64,000 nucleotides of DNA. It comes from Bacteroidota bacterium (GTDB taxonomy: Bacteria > Bacteroidota > Bacteroidia > Flavobacteriales > Flavobacteriaceae). Each line of letters begins with the position of its first letter. Positions within the stretch are counted from its first letter, which is position 1. Positions 58,501 to 64,000 of the stretch are shown here, in pieces. Where the stretch lies: the NCBI GenBank assembly GCA_031384845.1, contig JANNBA010000038.1, positions 1,376-65,375 on the forward strand, read 5' to 3'. A program made the translations under genes and the position numbers. Below the pieces are notes generated by a model. That model saw nothing but the letters and a program-made list of their open reading frames with translations. It was not told where the DNA came from and searched no databases.

Positions 58501-58772
58501 GCGGCTATTATAGCACCAACCAAACCCAAAAAGCACGAGAATTACTCACCAAACTCATCCAAAAATACCAAGAAAATTTGCGCTATTACAACACCCTAAA
58601 AGCCAGCCAACAAAACGATATATATATCGAAATCATCACAGATCTAGAGCGATACCGTGGCCTATTAGAAATTATGGAAGGCAACAACGACCAGCAATTT
58701 TACAAAGCAAACACACAAACCTTCAACAGCTATAACAAAATGTTTGCCAGATTTGGCCGCAAAGATCTATAA
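55569..58772 (+). CDS. DUF2723 (GT117/TMEM260-like) membrane glycosyltransferase-like protein
   Basis: N-terminus TVEPTMSFWDCGEYIATAAKLEVGHPPGAPLYQ, a multi-TM N-terminal half, and a large soluble C-terminal half with a TPR-like end. Confidence 0.75.
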   Translation: MTTFNFNKWNTITGWVTFAVALITFSLTVEPTMSFWDCGEYIATAAKLEVGHPPGAPLYQMMGAFFAMFAIDEKHIALTVNMMSVFSSAFAILFMFWSTSIVLKKIVASFSQIDKNNAIAILGSSFVGALALTFSDSFWFNAVEAEVYAMATLLITLLLWLGLRWEQDMNTERGDRWLLLISLVIGLSFGVHFMALLTIPSIGFLYFFKNYKTITVKNFIIANIVVVSVLLFIFKLLLPLTMALFGKSEVFMVNTFNLPFNSGTIIVVLGFIAFFYFGLKLTKQKGMVHLNTLILSILFILVGFSTWMMLPIRANANTVINENKPSDAAEVLAYYNREQYGVNPLFYGPQFSEDYVGLDSINPYLDKAPNYERDYNTGQYIITNNYKNAEQNSDDSQKTILPRMWSTEHAENYMTFSKPLEFSINPDYSEEKELLAVVSEFRKAFDDGEIDLEGYNKFLKQYGEYLVIKKPTTADNFKFMLEYQFGYMYWRYLMWNFVGRQNDVQGKYDNLNGNWISGINFIDEARLGSQSQLPSDVLQNKGRNLYYFLPFLLGILGMIYHFNKDIKSFYVLFALFMFTGLVLKIYLNERPFEPRERDYALVGSFYVFAMWIGFGVYAAYDLLKNYIQPKLAAPITIGLCLLAAPILMASQNWDDHNRSNKYTAVAMAKNYLLSCEPNAILFTIGDNDTFPLWYAQEVENIRTDVRIVNTSLFMTDWYIDQMKAKVYQSDPMPISFTHDQYVGDKLDYAVHTGKTENRWDIKDFIKFIATDDERTLIDMENGQKIHFYPTNKIRIPVDKNTIIANKVVDPKYNDSIVPYIDVEIKGQALYKNRLMMLDIIANNNWKRPIYFSPGSFGDDDYLWMKDYLQLDGMVYKLVPIKTPIPPDGSPLDMGQIDSDKMYNIINSWDWGNGQSPKIYHDPETRRESITYRTNIARLVEKLVNEGKLDKAKTMINLAMTKMPLDFYGYYTLLEPFASGYYSTNQTQKARELLTKLIQKYQENLRYYNTLKASQQNDIYIEIITDLERYRGLLEIMEGNNDQQFYKANTQTFNSYNKMFARFGRKDL

Positions 58773-58800
58773 TCAAAACACCTCAGAATCCCTCTTTTTT

Positions 58801-58896
58801 GGGCGTGCCCCTACGGGTCGGTCTCCGGCTCCCGCTTTTTTGGGCTGGCTAAAACGCCAGCCCAAAAAGAGCTCCGCCTTTGCCCTCACGCGAGCC
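58801..58896 (+). repeat. Family-2 GC-rich intergenic repeat
   Basis: Reads gggcgtgcccctacgggtcggtctccggctcccgct-[hairpin tttttgggctggc taaaac gccagcccaaaaa]-gagctccgcctttgccctcacgcgagccg. It starts 29 nt after the DUF2723 stop. Confidence 0.85.
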
Positions 58897-59003
58897 GCTG
58901 AAAGACCATTTTCTTGAAAGAAATAACCAAACTTTCAAAAATTATTTATAATTTGATTTATATCAAATATGAAAATAAAATAGCATCAAAAAAAACAACC
59001 ATT

Positions 59004-59897
59004 TTAATTCAACGCCTCAACCCTAATTTCGGGGTCTTGTAGCATATCTTTGAGCATATTCTCGATGCCGCTTTTGAGCGTAAACGTCGAAGATGGGCAG
59101 CCGTTGCAAGCACCTTGAAGTATAACTTTGACCTTTTTTTGATCCGGATCGAAAGAGTCAAACAAGATGTTACCACCATCCGCCTGAACCGCAGGTTTGA
59201 CATACTCCTCAAGAATGTTGATGATTTTTTGTGAGGTAGTATCGAGATTATCAAAATTAGCAATCTGTTGTTTTTCGATTTTTGGGTTTTGAGCAATCAA
59301 ATTTTGATCTATCACGGTGCCCCCATTCTCTATAAACTCCTTTATAAAACTACGAATTTCTGGCGTAATTTGCGACCAATCCGCAATTTCATATTTGGTA
59401 ACAGAAACATAGTTTTCGTCTATAAAAACTTCTTTTACAAACGGAAATTTGAATAATTCTTGTGCCAAAGGCGAGCTTTCGGTTTGGTCGATGTTTTTAT
59501 ACTCGACAGCCGTTTTGGTAAGCATTTTGCTGACTACAAATTTTAGTACCGCTGGATTTGGCGTTGTCTCGCCATAAACCGTAGTGGCACTTTTGATCGT
59601 TTTTGGGTTTTCCAAAATGATAATGCCTCCTTGGTTGACATAATCGTTGATCTGCTGTGCTACAGCATCTTGAACATCTGTCCACTCCACAATATTATAA
59701 CGCTCGATAGCGATAAAATTACTGCTGATATAAACACTCTTTACAAATGGAAGATAAAAAAGCTGTTGCGCTAGCGGCGATTGACTCGCTTGATCAATGT
59801 TCTTGAACTCAAAGCTTTGATTTTGAGTGATGAAATCTGGAAATTCAAACTTGATTATAGCGTTATTTTGGGTGGGCTTTATGATTACGGTTGTCAT
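59004..59897 (-). CDS. NifU/Nfu family Fe-S cluster protein (two Nfu_N-like domains plus a C-terminal NifU CxxC domain)
   Basis: Duplicated SPLAQ(Q/E)LF..PFVK segments and a C-terminal GACNGCPSS. The start was chosen at MTTVIIKP. Confidence 0.8.
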   Translation of the reverse strand: MTTVIIKPTQNNAIIKFEFPDFITQNQSFEFKNIDQASQSPLAQQLFYLPFVKSVYISSNFIAIERYNIVEWTDVQDAVAQQINDYVNQGGIIILENPKTIKSATTVYGETTPNPAVLKFVVSKMLTKTAVEYKNIDQTESSPLAQELFKFPFVKEVFIDENYVSVTKYEIADWSQITPEIRSFIKEFIENGGTVIDQNLIAQNPKIEKQQIANFDNLDTTSQKIINILEEYVKPAVQADGGNILFDSFDPDQKKVKVILQGACNGCPSSTFTLKSGIENMLKDMLQDPEIRVEALN

Positions 59898-59949
59898 TGA
59901 GTAGCTGTTTTTTTTTGCAAATTTAAACAACTAATTGACGATAAATAAT

Positions 59950-59957
59950 TATATTTG
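59950..59957 (+). promoter_or_regulatory. Candidate -7 box (TATATTTG) for the DUF11 repeat protein gene
   Basis: TAnnTTTG lies 60 nt upstream of the ATG at 60017. Confidence 0.35.
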
Positions 59958-60016
59958 GTGTTTTAAATTTATTTAACTTTTTTTTGACTACGAATTTCAA
60001 TTTTTTTAGTTTCATT

Positions 60017-63000
60017 ATGAAAAAATTATTACTTATACTTTTCATTTTCTTCGGAGTGATTTCGGGCTTTGGACAAACCGATTTGCAAGTTGTAAACACA
60101 GATTTACAAACGGGTTATGTGCTGAACGCAAATGCCATTTATACCGTAACGGTTACAAATAACGGCCCGAATAATGCCACAAATGTTCGTGTTGTAAACC
60201 CAATTCCATCCGGAATAACACAATTTTCGTGGTCAGGGAATGCTGCTTCAGGAACAAATAGCACATTAGACAATACCATTACCGTTTTGAATGTGGGTGC
60301 ATCGGTAACTTATTCCATCACCCTTTTTGTACCCTCAAATTTTGTTGGAGATTTGATCAATGCAGCCACTATTTCGAGCACCACCACCATAGACACAACC
60401 CCGCTTTGCCCGCAGTGTACAGATACCGATGTTGCAGTTGCAGATTTGCAAGTTGTAAACACAGATTTACAAACGGATTATGTGCTGAACGCAAATGCCA
60501 TTTATACCATAACGATTTCAAATAATGGTCCAAATAATGCCACAAATGTTCGTGTTGTAAACCCAATTCCGTCCGGAATAACACAATTTTCGTGGTCAGG
60601 GAATGCTGCTTCAGGAACAAATAGCACATTAGACAATACAATTGCCGTTTTGAATGTGGGTGCATCGGTATCTTATTCTATCACCCTTTTTGTACCCTCA
60701 AATTTTGTGGGAGATTTGATCAATGCAGCCACTATTTCGAGCACGACCATCATAGACACAACCCCGCTTTGCCCGCAGTGTACAGATACCGATGTTGCGG
60801 TTGCCGATTTGCGGGTTTTGAATAGTGATTCACAGACAGGTTATCAATTGGGCGAAATTTCAGAATATACAGTTTCGGTTTTAAATCAAGGCCCGAATAA
60901 TGCTGTAAATGTGAATTTTACAAATCCAATTCCAGCAGGAATTTCAAATTTTACTTGGACGGCAAGTAATGGCACCTATGGAAGTTCGGGAATTAACAAT
61001 ACTTTTCCGGTTTTAAAAAGTGGACAAAATATTGTTTATACGATTAGGGTTCTGGTTCCAACAACTTTTGTAAATAATTTGACCAATACCGCTTCGGTAA
61101 CAAGTAGCACTTTGGATCCAACTTTGGCAGATAATCAAAGCATCGATATTGACGTTGCTTCTGCTGATATTGAGGTTGTCAACAGTAATGGGCAAAACAT
61201 TTATGTGGCAAACACAACTACTGTTTATACACTTGCAATCACCAATAATGGGCCAAATAATGCCACAGCAATTCAGGTTGCCTATGCGATTCCTGCTTTG
61301 ATTCCTGCTTCTAATTTTTATTGGATTGGTAGCAACGGAACAAGTGGCACAGGAGTTCCAATTTCTGATAACATAGCCACTTTAGCAAACGGCGCAACGG
61401 TTTATTATTATATTACAGTGGTGATTCCGGCAGGAATTACACAACCATTAATCACACAAGCAGTGGTGACAACACCAACTTTTGACCCGAAAACAGCTTG
61501 TTCAAGATGTATAGACAAAGACGTGGTTACAGGAGCAGATATTGTTGTTACGAACACAGATTTTTCAAAAACATACAATCTTGGCGACAAAAAGATATAT
61601 AAATTAACGGTCGAGAACAAAGGGCCAGAGGATGCAAATAATGTAAAAGTGGTAAATAATATTCCGCCAGGAATCTATGATTTTCGATGGGTTAGCTCGG
61701 AATTGCCTCAGGGAGTGGGTCAGATAAATGCCAAAATTAATGATACGATAACCAAACTACGTGTTGGTAAAATCAGAGAGTATATTGTAACGTTGAAAGT
61801 GCCAACTTCGTTTAGTGGTGGGGTTTTAATTAATGAGGCTTCAGCTATTGCAACCAACGTTGACCCAGACGAAACTTGTGCGTTTTGTAATGATACCGAC
61901 ATCTTGGCCGTTGGTGCCAATATAGTTGTCGAAAACACCAACAATCAGGTTTATTATACTCCAGGTTCTACTGTGATATATACGGTCAATGTAACCAATA
62001 ACGGGCCAGAGCACGCTTATAATGTTAGGGTTTTGAACGAAATACCCGCTGGGATAACACAATTTTCATGGACAAGTTCAAACGGTGCTACAGGTTTTAA
62101 TACCAAAATTAATAATTCCATCTCGCAGCTTAATAATGGGCAATCTGTTAGTTATACGATTACGATTCAAATACCATTGTTTTTTACAGGACATTTAATA
62201 AACGAAACAAAAATCACAAGCGATACCGTTGATCTATTTCCGGATTGTTTGATGTGTATAGATGATGATGCTCCGATACAAGGCGCTGATATTCAAGTCA
62301 CAAACACAGACAATACAGCTACCTATCTGACAGGTTCTACAAAAAACTACACCGTAACCGTAAAAAATAATGGACCAGAAGTTGCTACAAACATTCATGT
62401 AACAGTTCCACTACCAAATGGTATTTCAATCATGGGCTGGAGTGGAAATACCAATTCAGGCAATGGTGCTTTAGACAACACAATTGTTAGTTTGGCAGTA
62501 GGTGCTTCTGTAATTTATAATGTTCAAATTAGTGTACCAAACAATTATGTTGGTGATTTGAAAACTGAAGCAAATGCTTTAGCCAATCAAGTAGATCTTT
62601 ATCCGGATTGTAGCCAATGTATAGACATTGATGTTTTAAAACCACTTGCAGATCTTGTAGTCACGAACACAGATAATATTGTCAATTATTCGTTGGGCGG
62701 AACTTCAGAATATACCGTTACGGTTACCAATAATGGGCCACAGGATGCTACAAATGTTATAGTTTCAAATGCAGTTCCAACAGGTATTAGTGTTTTTTCT
62801 TGGACAGCCTCAAATGGAATGAGTGGCAATTCTGCCATTAGTGATTTGATTCCGTTGTTACAAAATGGTCAGTCTGTGGTTTATACCATAACGATTCAAG
62901 TTCCATCAAGTTTTACGGGTAACCTTGTCAATACAGCTTCAGCCGTAAGTCAAACTTTTGATCCAGATACAAGTTGTGCCAATTGTGTTGATGTCAGCTT

Positions 63001-64000
63001 TTATCCAAATTTGACTGATATTGTTGTAACAAACACAAATAATCAAACCAATTACACACCCGGAAATGTATCAACATATATTATTGATATAAAAAATATT
63101 GGATTTACAACCGCTCTAAATGTACAAGTCTTTAACGCAATACCTGCGGGTATATCAACATTTTCATGGATTGGTAACGGCTCATCTGGCACGAATACTG
63201 CCTTGAATAATACGATACCTCTGCTTTTGGCAAATCAAACTGTTACATACACCATTACATTAACAGTTCCAATAGGTTATACAGGAAGTTTGACAGACGA
63301 GGTAGTGGTATCAAGCGATACCCCAGATCCTAATCCAATCTGTACCCAATGTATTGATACTGATTATTCAAGTATAGGCGCAAACATAGTAGTTACAAAT
63401 TCTAATGGTGGGCTATTTTACCAACCAGGCACCACCTCAATCTATAATGTAACCGTAACAAACATTGGACCAGACGTTGCCTCAAATGTTGTTGTTTCAA
63501 ACTTGCTTTCGCCGGGATTGACTAATGTTTCTTGGACAAAAAACAGCACCACTGTTAATGGGCTAATAAACGATATAATTGTATCGATGCCTGTTGGATA
63601 TAGCGTAACATATTCGGTGTCAGCAGATATTCCCGCTTCTTTTTTGGGAGATTTGACACATGAAATCATCATCACAACCCCTACTCCAGACCCAACACCA
63701 TCATGCCCACAATGTATTGATATTGATACTACGGTTTTGAACGCTGACATTGTAGTAACAAATTCAAATGGTGTTATTGTTTACACCCTTGACTCACCCA
63801 CTACTTACACTGTTACCATAACCAATAACGGCCCTTCTGTTGCAAAAAATGTTCTTGTTACAAATATGCTATCTCCTAGCTTTACAGACATATCATGGTC
63901 CGGAAATGCTACTTCTGGAACAGGATTAATTAACAATACGATTTCAACTTTGGCAGTTGGTGCGAGTATAAACTATACAGTGACGGCCAAAGTACCACTT
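60017..64000 (+). CDS. Giant secreted DUF11 (conserved repeat domain)-type adhesin-like protein, N-terminal 1328 codons; continues beyond the window
   Basis: The frame is open from the ATG at 60017 to the window end, so it is not in the ORF track (no stop). Signal peptide MKKLLLILFIFFGVISGFGQ. At least 11 tandem ~120-127-aa units of the form ADLxVxNTD..YTVTVTNNGPxxATNV.V.N.IP.GI..FSW...NG......I..L..G.SV.YTI...VP..F.G.L.N.A....DP...C..C.D.D. Confidence 0.85.
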   Translation, partial: MKKLLLILFIFFGVISGFGQTDLQVVNTDLQTGYVLNANAIYTVTVTNNGPNNATNVRVVNPIPSGITQFSWSGNAASGTNSTLDNTITVLNVGASVTYSITLFVPSNFVGDLINAATISSTTTIDTTPLCPQCTDTDVAVADLQVVNTDLQTDYVLNANAIYTITISNNGPNNATNVRVVNPIPSGITQFSWSGNAASGTNSTLDNTIAVLNVGASVSYSITLFVPSNFVGDLINAATISSTTIIDTTPLCPQCTDTDVAVADLRVLNSDSQTGYQLGEISEYTVSVLNQGPNNAVNVNFTNPIPAGISNFTWTASNGTYGSSGINNTFPVLKSGQNIVYTIRVLVPTTFVNNLTNTASVTSSTLDPTLADNQSIDIDVASADIEVVNSNGQNIYVANTTTVYTLAITNNGPNNATAIQVAYAIPALIPASNFYWIGSNGTSGTGVPISDNIATLANGATVYYYITVVIPAGITQPLITQAVVTTPTFDPKTACSRCIDKDVVTGADIVVTNTDFSKTYNLGDKKIYKLTVENKGPEDANNVKVVNNIPPGIYDFRWVSSELPQGVGQINAKINDTITKLRVGKIREYIVTLKVPTSFSGGVLINEASAIATNVDPDETCAFCNDTDILAVGANIVVENTNNQVYYTPGSTVIYTVNVTNNGPEHAYNVRVLNEIPAGITQFSWTSSNGATGFNTKINNSISQLNNGQSVSYTITIQIPLFFTGHLINETKITSDTVDLFPDCLMCIDDDAPIQGADIQVTNTDNTATYLTGSTKNYTVTVKNNGPEVATNIHVTVPLPNGISIMGWSGNTNSGNGALDNTIVSLAVGASVIYNVQISVPNNYVGDLKTEANALANQVDLYPDCSQCIDIDVLKPLADLVVTNTDNIVNYSLGGTSEYTVTVTNNGPQDATNVIVSNAVPTGISVFSWTASNGMSGNSAISDLIPLLQNGQSVVYTITIQVPSSFTGNLVNTASAVSQTFDPDTSCANCVDVSFYPNLTDIVVTNTNNQTNYTPGNVSTYIIDIKNIGFTTALNVQVFNAIPAGISTFSWIGNGSSGTNTALNNTIPLLLANQTVTYTITLTVPIGYTGSLTDEVVVSSDTPDPNPICTQCIDTDYSSIGANIVVTNSNGGLFYQPGTTSIYNVTVTNIGPDVASNVVVSNLLSPGLTNVSWTKNSTTVNGLINDIIVSMPVGYSVTYSVSADIPASFLGDLTHEIIITTPTPDPTPSCPQCIDIDTTVLNADIVVTNSNGVIVYTLDSPTTYTVTITNNGPSVAKNVLVTNMLSPSFTDISWSGNATSGTGLINNTISTLAVGASINYTVTAKVPL
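60080..60805 (+). repeat. Near-identical 363-bp tandem duplication (units 1 and 2 of the DUF11 protein)
   Basis: 60080-60442 and 60443-60805 align base for base with only scattered substitutions. Later units are much more diverged. Confidence 0.9.

Noticed and set aside
55569-58772. Intragenic shift from T-rich to A/C-rich sequence within the DUF2723 gene.
   Set aside because: The shift is largely explained by protein architecture: a hydrophobic multi-TM N-terminal half versus a polar soluble C-terminal half. Some synonymous shift (TTG to CTC Leu) remains, but it is folded into the general composition finding rather than claimed separately.
60080-64000. Regular ~363-bp periodicity that could superficially suggest a repeat array or CRISPR.
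   Set aside because: The period is ten times too long for CRISPR, there are no short conserved direct repeats with unique spacers, and the whole region is one continuous open reading frame encoding DUF11-type domains.
1-64000. Window-wide search for integrases, transposases, phage genes, CRISPR-Cas, toxin-antitoxin pairs, retron/DGR reverse transcriptases, and known multi-gene defence systems beyond R-M.
   Set aside because: No ORF showed the corresponding catalytic motifs (DDE, tyrosine recombinase RHRY context, RT YxDD, Cas signatures). Apart from the R-M cassette, the gene content is housekeeping with conserved synteny.

Overview
This is a low-GC chromosomal segment that looks Flavobacteriia-like (Bacteroidota). 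The evidence is TAnnTTTG -7 promoter boxes, no obvious Shine-Dalgarno sites, and the neighbourhood pdxJ-CBS-nadK-DUF6089-uppS-bamA-ompH-ompH-murI. About 55 protein genes are mostly housekeeping: parE, hisS, hemL, queA, gpsA, holB, rarA, a murF-alr fusion, mscL, nifU, and kynurenine-pathway genes. There is also a TetR-controlled RND efflux operon, a umuDC cassette, and a PadR/PspC/DUF2807 envelope module. I found no rRNA, tRNA, CRISPR array, integrase or transposase.

The only clearly accessory unit is a 2.7 kb type II restriction-modification cassette at 42.3-44.6 kb, inserted into the conserved nadK-uppS-bamA block. It holds an HTH-fused m5C methyltransferase, a convergent Eco47II-like endonuclease, and an unassigned 107-aa ORF that overlaps both.

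Other items worth a second look:
- Two families of GC-rich palindromic intergenic repeats, with 5 and 2 copies.
- A sharp A/C versus T/G switch at third codon positions between neighbouring genes on the same strand.
- An arginase-fold gene embedded between kynU and kmo.
- A giant secreted DUF11-type repeat protein, open at the window end, whose ~121-aa units end in CxxC motifs.

I cannot demonstrate a genuinely new multi-gene system from sequence alone. All family assignments come from motif recognition by eye and need database confirmation.
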